A DNA stretch of 64,000 nucleotides from the NCBI GenBank assembly GCA_964304625.1, contig OZ199839.1, positions 7,216,207 to 7,280,206 on the forward strand, read 5' to 3'. Position 1 is the stretch's first letter, and each line of letters starts with the position of its first letter. Positions 14,510 through 26,880 of the stretch are shown in pieces. The notes beneath the pieces were generated by a model. The model was not told where the DNA came from. It worked only from the letters and a program-made list of their open reading frames with translations, and made no database searches. Source of the stretch: Kudoa neothunni (Eukaryota > Animalia > Cnidaria). The position numbers and the translations under genes are program-made.

Positions 14510-17357
14510 TGTGTAAAAACAACAGGTGATACGTTTGCAGTACTGCAGAAAATGGCAATGTTCCACCGTCGAATTTGAATATGTCACCTCAAACTCCACA
14601 CCTTTCAGTGTATGCAAGTTTTAAATCTGTTTATTTAATTATTAAACGAAGTTCATACGAGTCTCGATTTATGGTTTGATAAGCTAATCTCTAATGGTTT
14701 CGTATTCACTTAAAACGTTATTCGTGTACCAATCCATATCACATTGACAACGCAATCATAATAAAAAGCGACATGAGGGGTCACTATGGTTATACGTTCC
14801 GACAGCCAAAATATAGCAACATTTCATTGATCTTCATAAAATTATAGGCAGATAGAACTAATACATTTAATTTAAAGGTGAAAGTATTCAACTTTTCCGA
14901 CAAACTTATTGCCTACCTAATCAATATTACATCTCGCATGGATACCACGTTGTAAAAATCACAATAGGTTTTCTGCAATATTGAATACCCTTTTATTTTC
15001 CCTTAAAAGTTGGACCCACCTCAATTAATTATGAATATATAGTTATATTCATAATTGTGCTTCGTGATGTGTGATGATATTTTTATTTTTATTAAACAAT
15101 AGGATCCATTGTTTAGAACTCCTCAGGGTACGACCACAACCACTACAATGTGATGCATCGGTTTCCAACAATAATCATAATTTCCTATCAGTTCTAAAGA
15201 TATTGGCCCCATTATTTTTTAGAAGTGAAAATTTTTCAATATAAGAGATAAACCATGAAAATCCTAACCATCCTATTAATTTAAGCTTATTCGTCTTATT
15301 ATAATCTTATAATATCCTCTAATTATTTGGATCCCGAATATTAGTTATTATTGTAACATAAACTCAGAGATGAACTATGAGGAGTAATGTGATTTTATAT
15401 TCCCAATCGGTAGAAATTGTCTACATTATTTCACCCTTCAATCAGAATATCCGAATTTTACATATGACTCCATTTTATTATCGAATTTATAAAATTTATA
15501 TTAAATTGATTTATTGAGAATAACCTACAATATATTTACATTTTTATACGAATATTACTTCGTCTAAGCGCTCGCTAACTGAAAAAGGCGGCCTGAGTGT
15601 GTACAGTTTATTATAATCATATTAATATTATAGTGCTTAATTTCAATAATCTTTTTATCTTAATTATTATGTATTTTAAGTTGAATTGAGTGAAATTTTT
15701 TTTCTCTATGATGTGTTTTATCAAATGATGTGAAAATATGAGTGGGAACATAACGATAACAGCATAACACTAAAAGTGCTAAACGCGATAAAAATCGTTA
15801 ATTTCTCTTGAAGATAAACAAGCTTTTGTTTATCCTTCGTGAACAATTTATTTACCGTGTACAAAACACTCTGTAATAGTTCAAAGGAATTCCTCGTCGG
15901 ATTAGCGAAAAAATATTAAATATATATTTAATCCTTTCTTTTTATATTTAATTTGAATTATATATCTTGGCGTTAAAGTAAATTTTGGTCAAAAATTGGG
16001 GTGAATCTAAAAAAAATTTAATTTTTATTAAATATCAATTAATCTGAATAAGATAGTTTATTTATACTGTGAGTGACGAATGGTTCTTGTTTTGAGAAAA
16101 TGCTACAAAATTAACGTATACATAACTTTATAATAAGTCATTTATTACTCAAACTATTTAAAAACATTTATTTGACCATTAAAAATATAAATAAAATATT
16201 TTTAAATTAATTAATGGTTTTTGAATGATTATTTTGTAGTGACGTGTGGTTAGTAAATTTTCGGATGCGTTGAGATTTTTGTTTTCAATTGGTGGCGAAA
16301 TTCGGAACAGAAATAAAAATTGAGTTAACACATTAAAAGAAAAATATGAAATAATAAAGTTTTTAAAAAATTAGCGAAGGTATTGGGCAGAAACAACATT
16401 GAAACCGATGCCAATATTAACGATTTTATAAGTGAATAGCAGGAACTGTCCAGCGTTGCTTGGGGAAGATTTCGCATAGAGACGTTTATTAATAACATTC
16501 AAAAAAATATCATGTTTCAAATTGATGTATAGAGGAAGTCTAACTAAATTTTTGTAAGCATCATACTTTGTTGATTTTGATGTCGAAATGTAAATTATGA
16601 TCATTTCTGTGCAGGAGTGTATCAATCCTGGGTTTTAATTAACAACTTCTTGTCCCGGCACCAAAGCTAAATAATTTGTGCGTTATATTTATTTTGGTTT
16701 CCGAATTATTTAAACTCTCTTAAAGTGCAATCTAATACGTCATTTTTGCCCCGACTCAAAAAATTTGTGAAACACTGTTTACTGGAGGCTAATAAATAGA
16801 AAAAGATACAGAGATGGAAGAAAATAAATTTTGATTACTCAAACTAATATCCTCTGGCCCGGCAAGAGCTTAACGCACTTTTTCCCATGAACAGCCAGAA
16901 ATCGCGTCAACTTTAACATAAACAATTTAAATAATTAGGTGAAATAAAAGTAAAACCATCTGCATTGAATTTAATCGCGGAGGGTTAGACTTAGCCGACG
17001 ATTTTAATGAAATCTACGGACGTAGTATTTCCATTATACTGTTTCATTCAATGTAATTTTGACGTTCTCCACCAATTCATTATTCATGAAACATATATAG
17101 ATTTTTTATCATAGCTAAAACCATTAATAGAACCTTCAAAACGTGTTGATCAAGTCAAATACGTTAAAATTCCACTAATAGGGAATGTGTTTACACAAAC
17201 ACCCAAATAAAAACGCCAACCATTTACATAACGATATATGCCATCGCTTAGTTGATATTTGATAGAGCATGTAAGGAGGAAAGTTAACTTAAACTGACCC
17301 CTCCTATGACACAAGCAGGTGTTAATCCTATTGTTGTAACCTGGTAACCCCTTTAAC

Positions 17358-17806
17358 AGCCAAGGACAGATAACAAATCGGTGTGACACTCGGACTCAGA
17401 ACCTTGAGGTAATTGGTTCGAATCCTCCGGTGGTCAAGACTACTGCTTCCGTGTCGGTGGGTCTCTATCCCATATTTGGGAGCTGTGGTTAAAGTGTACG
17501 CTCGCTGTGAAGTGGGGTGAGCGTGAATAGGAGTTTGAATCTCCAGAACCCATCGAAAAGCAAGTAATTTGCAACCCTCATAGAGCCGACGCTCTTAAAG
17601 GGATAAGATTTGGGGTGGTGTTCGCCCTGAGACGAGGATGTCTAGTGGGTTAAAGTCCCACATTACCGCGTAGAGATAAGAGATTAGGGGCGAGGTTTTA
17701 TGTTACGTCCTGCGGTGCCTAAAGCGTTAACGCAAGAGGTCTGACCAACCAGAATTCCACAACCTAACAAGATTCGCCAGGGGTTTTACCTAGTAAACAA
17801 AAAAAA
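17358..17806 (+). mobile_element. tRNA-derived SINE, copy 1
   Basis: tRNA-like head with B box GGTTCGAATCC (17415-17425), GC-rich body, A-rich tail; clearly homologous to 57959-58386. Confidence 0.8.
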
Positions 17807-17919
17807 TGTATACGATTTTTATCATTTTTCGAATTATCCAGATAAATAAAGATAAAAATAAAGAGGAAATTAAATAAATATTATAAATTGTTCTACAAAT
17901 ATCAGTGTTATACATTAAA

Positions 17920-17965
17920 CTAGAAATAATAATAATAACAAGCGTGTCTATCGCTCACGCGAATT
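17920..17965 (-). mobile_element. Possible Helitron 3' end
   Basis: Minus strand: hairpin GCGTG-AGCGATAGA-CACGC followed by CTAG|T. Confidence 0.35.
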
Positions 17966-19145
17966 CTCTGAATAGACGAGGTTTTATCTGATCAATACTC
18001 ACACTTATTTCGATATTTTTATTTTATTTTAAGAGTTAATGTCGACTTTAATCTTAATAAATAAACTATTATGCGTTTAGGTCTATTCCTAAACTCACTC
18101 TGACTAGTGATCCTAATTACTTTTCAATAATGGACTTGTTTCACTATTTAGATATCCATATTGTATCATAAAGTAATTCTAATCATTTTTTTGGCTTGAT
18201 AGTCTATATTATATCAACTTCCAACTTTGGAGGTTGGTAAATGAGTAGTTTTACGTTTAATATGACCATAAAGGTTGGGTAGGAAATAGATACAAAAATT
18301 CAATTAATTAAATAATAAAATTAAATAAATTTATTAAAACTAAAAAATCAATAAAATGACGAAAATATGAATTTACACCCAATTAATAACTATAATAATA
18401 GTGATCAATTTTTAGCAAGATAAATAGAAATAATCATATTCTAGTCGAAAAAAATTTATAAAAATATTAAAGATATCACCTACATATTTAACTAAATATT
18501 TCAAGAGTTCTCTAATTATTATCGGTTCTATCGACTTATACACAATGCAAAAATTTGTTACAAATAATATACATCAAAATAATTTATTGCACATAATCAT
18601 CGTATTATTTAGACGATTTCGTAGTCATCATAAAATTTTATAGTTTATCGCTTGTATGATAATAAAAAAAGGTAGAAATATTGTCTACATTAAAGAATGT
18701 TATTAAAAGTTTTCAAGTAAAAGAATTATCACGTGCTAATAAATTTATCAATTTAAATGCTTAATTAGACTCCTACCTAATTTACACTCGCGTACACCAT
18801 GTAGTGAATGTTTTAAAATTAGAGATATTTATGAGTATTTTCCAAATTTGTAATGCAATAATTTAAGTGGATGTGTCGTGTGCATTATGGCTCAAACGCA
18901 ATTTTTCAAATTTATTTATAAATTACTTATCTTATCTGGACTAGATTTAAATAGGTACTTAAATACACAAATAAATAATTTACTTATAAATAATTAGTTT
19001 TCAACCAAATATTAAGGTTGGAAACTTACTATTATCAAGTTAATTCTTCGACGCACACGCAGTGCATTATCTAAATTTTTGCATAAATTAAAGTACGGAA
19101 CCTCAAGTTTAACGAAACAGAATCATTTCATTCGTCTAAAAACCC

Positions 19146-19173
<28 letters not shown>
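19146..19173. repeat. (AT)n microsatellite
   Basis: Directly visible. Confidence 0.9.
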
Positions 19174-19176
<3 letters not shown>

Positions 19177-21409
19177 TATAATTTCGACAAAACTGATTTA
19201 TTTTATCAAATGAAGAAACTTTAATAAATATTCATATATAAGATTGATACATTTTATAAGTTTGTGGTTACGTTTTCGCTAACTTTAAAAATAAACATAG
19301 ATGGTTGTAGTTTATAAAAAGATTTACAATATTTTCCGTACGTTCTGTAACTTTCGGAAAACTCTCCATCTTGATTATGGTGAATTACAAAAAGCTATGA
19401 TGTTTCCTTCAGTTGTCTCAAAGATTTGCCATTAGAATATTACGCCAATAAAAACGCCTGGATGACTAATTCAATTTTTTTATCTTTTATTTCAAAATAT
19501 AATGGATTATTTATTGTTTCTAAGACGAAAATTATATTATTTCTCGAGAATAATCCAGCCCATAAAAATAAAAGTTGACCTGCATAACCCTTTACTACTT
19601 TCCTCCGACACAAACAATGTGCCCCATCTAATGAAACGTAGAATTATCTTTTTTAAGTGATATACATTAGACATCTAATGATGTGACTAATACATCGTTT
19701 TGAGTCTCAAACTAATGGCTACATTGTGCCTAATGTCATAGGAACTATCTATACGAAAATTAATTCATAGGAATACATTAAAAGGGGAACTATAGTTAAC
19801 TTTGTTAATAAATAATGTTCCCTCTTTGAAAATCCACTAACTGACGATTCTGATGACAATCCATTTGAAAATGAAATAATTGAGCTGTCTGAAGACGAGA
19901 AATCAATAGAAGTAACACGAAAATCTACCGAAAAATCGTCCACCAAGGAAAATTTTATAACACACGACAATTCTGAAATTGAGAGAACACCAAATATGAC
20001 TGATTTCTAAAGGATGATGACGATCCTGATTAAATAGAAAAAGTTATTATATCAAACCAAGAAACACTAATATCATTAGCAAAATTTGAAAAATTCTTTC
20101 TAAATAATATTCTGTGAGTGCTTAACAATATAACCAAACTTGAAATGGCTGATTCATTATCTGAACAGTTGATTCAGAACGAGGAATTTAAACTGCTGTT
20201 TTAATAATAAAACATAGTTCAGAGTGTTTATCCTTCAAATTATTTATTACTTAACCCTCGAATATCTGGAGGTGGCTAATCAGCTCTTATTATATCCAGA
20301 ACTTTTACAAAACATTTTGTTTCCTTTTTTCCTTGTGTGTATTTTAAAGTATAATGGTGCTTTTAAAAATATTCAAATAATGGAGTTATACGTTTAATAT
20401 TTTCGCTTGGAATCGAAAAAAGAACAAAAGTTACACATATCTTAAGATGACCACCATATAAATAATAACGTTTAGATAGTTTAAATATATAAATGTATTT
20501 GAATCAATGAATTTTTTTAAATTCATTTTTTTGTTTTTATAACAACTTGATTTTGTTAACTAATTTAATCTGGCATTGGAATCGCGCATATTATAATAAT
20601 TTTGTTAAATTACATATCAACAAAAAGTACTACGTTAATTATAGTGTTAGAAGTTTAATTTGGACCATTTTGTCATAACTTAAATTTAAAATATAAAAAT
20701 CCTTGGACTATAAATAAATTTTGTATTCATAAATTAATTTGTAATGCCAAATTTCAATTTATAAAGTACGAATTTATATATATAACATATTTCTGTCAAT
20801 AGGAGAAGATATTTCATAATAAGTAGTGGATTTTGAGAACAAAATAAAGCCTTAGCTGTTAAAATAACAAGAACTAAATGTGAAAAATGAAACAATAATA
20901 AAACAGTTTAGCTCTGATTTCTGGAGCTATTCAAAGTCTATACAGACATATTTATTCCTGTTCCTTACACGAGTTCAAATTAACGATACAAAAATGCATT
21001 ACTGATTTATTTTTATTAAATCTATTATATTTTGAAAAGTTAAAATAACGTAAATAATTATGTTAGTAACCTTAACTGACTGCAACGATTTTTATTATTT
21101 TAATACGTTCTTGTATATGACCACCTCCAGGTATTCGTGTAAACCTTTCTTCATATATTCGAGGATTCATAATGTTATCGGTGAAAAAATATTTTTGTTT
21201 ATACGCATGCGTCATATCAATGTATATAAACGCAAAAATGGATGCAATGCAATGTTTTCTTCTTCCGAAATTCTCCATTACATCCTTAAATTATTATATA
21301 TACATATATTTTTATTTTGGCATAAATACAAATAAGCTAAAAAATATTAGGGGATATATTCGCGCAGGCGTACTAATAAAATCAGAACTCGTCCGCTGAA
21401 CCCTTGAGG

Positions 21410-22796
21410 ATGGACAACCCTAAAGATGTGTTAAGATTCAATGGAATAGGCTGCTTACGCCAACGCTTAACATTGTCGATAGTTTCACAAAAACCAATTT
21501 TCATTAATAATATACGGAAAGGACTGGCTCCTGCTGGGATTACAGATTATGAATCAAATTTACTAAGTTTGTTAGATAAATTGATGAATGGTTCAATTAT
21601 TCAAGTCAATGAGAATGGTAATATTGTAACGAGTTCCACTTTCAACATGGTTACTAGGCTCCAGTGTGTATTTTAAGCCAGGCACACTCATTGGCGGTAA
21701 AGTGATCCACACCTGTAACGATTCCCGTGATATTGGCTACTATTTGGAGTGTGTAGTATGGTTGGTTCCACTAATGAAGAATGCACTAGAACTAACACTA
21801 CAAGGGATCACAAACGGATTTGAAGATCCTTCAGTGGATAAACTTAGATATACGATTTTGCCTTTGTTGAAGAGATTTGGGGTGGATGACGAGATTTCGC
21901 TTGATACGGTGAAGAGAGCCGCGGCACCTTCGGGTGGAGGTGTTGTCAGATTTAAATGCCCACTCATAAAACAACTTAAACCAATTAATGTTACTGATAT
22001 CGGCTTTGTGAAACGGATACGAGGAACCGCTGTATCAATGAGAGTGTCACCTGCCATGAGCAGTCGTCTAATCGAAGAAGCCAAGTCCATTCTCTCCAAT
22101 TACATCCACGATGTGTTTATCACACAGGACCACTGTAAAAATATGAGTACCTCAAGTTCGCCAGGATTCAGTATCGCGTTGGTGGCTGAAACAACCACGG
22201 GAGTAGCTATCACTTCGGAAGCCAGTTCACAGCCAAAATCAACCAACCCTTCCGAGAACCCTTCTGTCATTGTTACTCCTGAGGAAGTGGCAAAAAATGC
22301 TGCCTACCAACTTCTAGACAATATCTATTGTGTAGTTTTTTGTTTAGAGCTAACAAGCAACTAACAAATGGATATTTTTAGCAAACATGTATCGATTTAT
22401 CTCAACAACACTTGATGTTGTTATATATGGCGTTGTGTCCTGCACATGTATCCAAAATTATTATCTACCAGCCCAACACATATACGTACCTATTAAATGT
22501 AGTTAATTGACAAAAATTCTGGTTTAGGGTACAATTCTTGAAGCATATTGAGTTGTTTTTGGGTGTTGTATTCAAAATCGAACTTATTCGCAATACCCCA
22601 CAAACCTTGAATAATGGTTTTTTCATCTCTAATCACAATGAATTTAATTTATTTTTAGATGGCGATGATGAATGTGAAAACATCAAAATAAGAAAATTCT
22701 CTAAAATCTGAAGATAATGATGCCTACGATGAGAATAGATTTTATTTTTCGTGTGTTGGTTCTGGGATCACCAACTATAATAGAGCTATTTGTTGA
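21410..22796 (+). CDS. RCL1: RNA 3'-terminal phosphate cyclase-like protein
   Basis: LRQRLTLSIVSQKPIFINNIR..GITDYESNLLSLLDKLMNGS; ELTLQGITN..DPSVD; GGGVVRF; KRIRGTA..RVSP; SPGFSIALVAETT; C-terminus FSCVGSGITNYNRAIC*. Four short GT-AG introns. Confidence 0.93.
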
Positions 22797-23017
22797 TAGT
22801 TTTTGTAATTGTTTAATAAATCACTCATGAATGCGCAGACGTTTTTTATTCCTTTTATTTTTAAAAAAATTTGTTTGGAACAATGCAATACGAGAATTTT
22901 TCACTGGATTTTATTATTAACCGAATGTTCCATGAATTACTGATTAAGTTGATAAACATTTTGTTCTCCGATTTCGAATGAGTTTAACTAAATCCTCCAG
23001 GCACACGAAGGCGACTA

Positions 23018-24003
23018 CACTCCAACCAACTTGGGGTCTTTTGTAACTCATGTTTTTATTCTACGACAGTTAATAAGAAAATATTTTAAATTGCTTTACG
23101 AAATTTACGAAATTTCTATCGACAGAATTTTGAAATAAAGGTGATTCATTGGGAGAGTTAATCTTTCAAAATCCTATTCGGTAAGCTTATATAACGTTTC
23201 GTAAATTTTCGATTAAATAAATCCACAATTTTTCATATTATAGAGAAAGAAATAACATAATTGAAACAAAAAAAAGTGAATATCTAAGCCGATAGATTTT
23301 TATTTTGAACACTGATAATACTTGTTCGAATAATGAAATCGACCAAGATATTCTCATAACTAGTGCATCGAGTGTTTATTATCAATTTTTTATAAGAAAA
23401 AAATTTCACAGAATACTTTCTTAAAGTTCGGTTCCATTATTCCGATTTCTTAGGAACATATGAATCGGGTGTTTTAGTTACATTCTGATCCTCTGATTGT
23501 TAACTAAATAATGGTCGGTAAAAACATAATAACTATTATACTATTTAATTTTAAACACCCTAAGTTGATTGAAAGCCTATGAATTTGCATTCTAACCATG
23601 CAACAACTCTCGCGCTTGATTTTATCATTCAGCGAGTTTGTACGAAGTGTTATATTAGCTTGCCGAATTGACTTCGGGAGGATTAACTGGCCCAATGAAT
23701 CTTCATTTTCTCAAAATTCTGTCGGTAGAAATTTTGTAAAATTTGTATGGCGTTTTAAAATAGTTTTTTATTAACTGACGTAAAATAAAAACCCGGGGTC
23801 TAAATGACCCCAAGTTCGTTGGAGTAATTTTTTATTTCAATGCGAGATTTTGTTAATTTTTTTCTCCCAAAGTTTAGTAAGTTGCATATATCGCAATTTA
23901 ATGGAAATATATGAATTTGAAATATTTTGAAAGAATAAGTAAAATATTATAATCCATTTAAAATTACTTTGGCGTCCAACAGACCCCCAAGTTCGTTAGA
24001 GGG
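23018..24003. mobile_element. piggyBac-type MITE, ~1 kb
   Basis: Right end GACCCCCAAGTTCGTTAGAGGG|TTAA; degenerate left end CACTCCAACCAACTTGGGGTC; subterminal palindrome GGGGTCTAAATGACCCC at 23795-23811. Confidence 0.6.
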
Positions 24004-24112
24004 TTAAACCTAACGATAGATTTATTGTACCGAAATTAACGAAAAATAACAAAATTAAAACACAATAAAAAGAATTGCCGCTAAAAAGTGACCATTAGTA
24101 TGTAGGTAGAAT

Positions 24113-26880
24113 TCAGCGGGGGAAAAGTTCGAGTTTGGGTGAAAACTTGTCATGTCTGAAACCAAAGTCTTGATCATCCTCAACAACTTCCATAATATCT
24201 CTATCGTTTTCGGGCATTGTATTATTCTTTAGATGCTTAGATTCATAAAAATGTTTCTTTGGGTAGTTATTTGTTCCCATTTTCTGTAATAATCAATCGG
24301 CTTGAACTTCTCGTACATACAAGATTTGTCATTCGTTTCCATGTTAAAAGGCAGATAACCCATAACTTGAACGTTATCTGTTCTGATAATTAGTGGAGCA
24401 ATTTGTTGGCAGCCGGAACAGAGACTAAAAGGGACGTCGTATTTTCCATTGGAACATTTCAAAATCATTTGTTGGTGTCATCGCAATAGTAGAACATAGG
24501 ATGACATGGTTTGTCACTACAAAATAGACATACTAAAATATAATTGGTAAACTAACATAACGTACTCTTTTCTAGGGATCACTTCGTTACATTGATTTTC
24601 TACACAGTCTTTGAAGGGTGGTAGAGGTGGACATTCTGGAGTCCCTTGCGACAAACATTCCTCGCTTGATGAGGTACTATCTTGGTTACATGGAGGATCT
24701 TTTACTGGACATTTTGCAAATACAGGAGATTCGCAAACCAAACTTTTTTCGTAGAAACCTTTTTGGATAGACCGGGTCTCCATTGTTAAAATGTTCAATT
24801 ATGCTTGGATTTTTAGTTTGTTTGCCATTTGCTTTGCAGGGATGACTCTTTTTACATGGTTCTTTTTTGTTTTTGTTGGTATAATTGACTTTAGGCACGC
24901 ACTCTTTCACATGCTTTCTAGGGGAACTGTTTATAATGCTAGTCCTCTTTCTTTGTTTTATTTGAGACGATTTTAGCTGGGCATTCATCAAATTGCTTTT
25001 TGGTGGACATTCACCTGTGTGATTTCTGGGACGACATGATTGATGTTTTTTGACATTAACTTTGGAGAAAAATCTTCATTGTCACATTTGGGTGAGCATT
25101 CACCAAATTTCTTTTTTGGTGAACATTCACCGGTGTGATTTCTGGGACGACAAGATTGATGTTTTTTGACATTAACTTTCGGAGAAAAATCTTCATTGTC
25201 ACATTTGGGTGAGCATTCACCAAATTTCTTTTTTGGTGAACATTCACCGGTGTGATTTCTGGGGACGACAAGATTGGTGTTTCTTGACATTAACTTTTGG
25301 AGAAAAATCTTCATTGTCACATTTAGGTGAGCATTCATCAAATTGCTTTTTTGGTGGACATTCACCAATGTGATTTTTTGGACGACATGATTTATGTTTC
25401 TTGACATTAACTTTTGGAGAAAAATCTTCATTGTCACATTTAGGTGAGCATTTTTGAGGAGTTTCTTTTTTAGGCAATTTATTAAGATTAAGTTTTGGAG
25501 GACACTTTCCAAGAGGAGTGTTTCTTCCACCAAAATTAGTTTTAGGAGTAGAGTGATCAACGTCTATTGTAGAAAATATTTTATTATGGGGATTTTCGAT
25601 GAGGCTGCCAGCGCAAAATTTTTCGATTTCATCGTTGACGGAGACTTTTGTTTTCACATATGTTTTCTCTATAATATTACTATTGTTGTAGTCCTCAGGG
25701 CATGGTGGGGTCAACTTCTTCGAGAAAATCACAAAGATTATCATCCTTTTCTCGGATTATTTCAGTGTTGACAATTCTTTTTATCGGATCGTTACTTTGT
25801 GGAGCCTATAGGATCAGTAAAATCACCTTTAAATAGTTGAAACTTAGAAAAGTACCATTTGATTGATAAAATAGTTGTTTCTAGTGAAAATGCTTTTGGG
25901 CTTGTGCAAGATTTGTGTTGTAGATAGGCAACGATTCAGGGGTTTAGTTAGTTGGACGTTAACTTCCGGTGTCTTGTCCATTTGATCAAGATTTTTATCC
26001 TGATTAATGGTGGTTTTAGCGGGTTCGTACATATGAGAATCTCCAACAATTTTATCATTTAATTTCGACTTAATATCTTGAATCAATTTGTCATGCAGTT
26101 GGATCGATTTGATAATATCATCTTCAATGTTCATCGATGGATTTGACTTTCTTTTCTTATCTTTATCATGATTATCTACATCAACTTCAACTTCTAACAT
26201 TACAATTAATAAAATGAATTAATTAAATTAATATGTAAGGTACTTGTTGGGGAACAATCATTTTGAAGATTTTCGATTTGGCAGTTTTCATCCTTGGGAA
26301 CTCGAACTTTTTGGCAGGCTTGTTTTAAATGCTTAGTTAAAAAAAGTTAATGACCTGATTTTTAGTCCAACTTACGCCGTTGTTTGAAATTTTAAGTTCA
26401 TAATTTTTTACAGCTCTCTGAACGTCTCCTTTAATTATGGGGAATTTTTGCCTCTTGAATACATACAGTGAGGAGCTGCTTGATTCTCCCAAGAAATCAC
26501 TCATTACGTCGATATATGCTGAAGATGACACTGATTTCTTATCACAATTTGACTCTAAATATTTAACCAATCACTTCTAATACCCGAGATAGATTTTAGA
26601 TTACTTTGATGGGATTTCTTAGGTGGTTTGCGCTTCTTAATCTCTAAACAGCAACAAAGTAGCGACCTAGCGTGTTTCTTATTCTGCTTCCTGCAGTCGT
26701 TGTGACGCCTTTTTTGAGGTTGCTTGCTGTGCTCGCAACCAAAAAATTGTTGCTCAATACACGAGTTATTATCCTCTTTGACGCCAAAATTATCGGATTT
26801 TAATTTTTACATTGACCATCTTGTTTTAACTATTTTTGATAGATCACAGCCAAAATTATCCGGGGAGATATATTCATGTT
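24113..26880 (-). CDS. Orphan Cys/Pro/Lys-rich protein with a 39-aa tandem repeat; several apparent frameshifts; termini approximate
   Basis: Chain of minus-strand ORFs (26337-26570, 25844-26200, 25244-25744, 24988-25560, 24686-24991, 24517-24798, 24229-24468) of shared composition, with GT-AG introns between several; no recognised domain. Confidence 0.6.
24981..25450 (-). repeat. 117-bp coding tandem repeat, ~4 units
   Basis: Unit encodes ECSPKCDNEDFSPKVNVKKHQSCRPRNHTGECSPKKKFG; GAGCATT recurs at ~117-bp spacing. Confidence 0.92.

Noticed and set aside
17358-17440. Genuine tRNA gene
   Set aside because: A/B boxes are present but there is no clean cloverleaf or oligo-T terminator, and homology to copy 2 continues ~370 bp; it is a SINE head.
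17620-17710. Hammerhead ribozyme in the SINE (CTGAGACGAG)
   Set aside because: Lacks CUGANGA plus GAAA with closing stems on either strand.
19585-20030. Acidic ORF fragment as a piggyBac N-terminus
   Set aside because: No catalytic motifs or matching right end found.
24981-25450. CRISPR-like array
   Set aside because: Contiguous 117-bp coding units without unique spacers; eukaryotic context with no cas genes.
26800-26815. Stop-codon reassignment suggested by an in-frame TAA
   Set aside because: Conserved genes terminate at TAA and TGA normally, and the long UBA1 exon has no internal stops.
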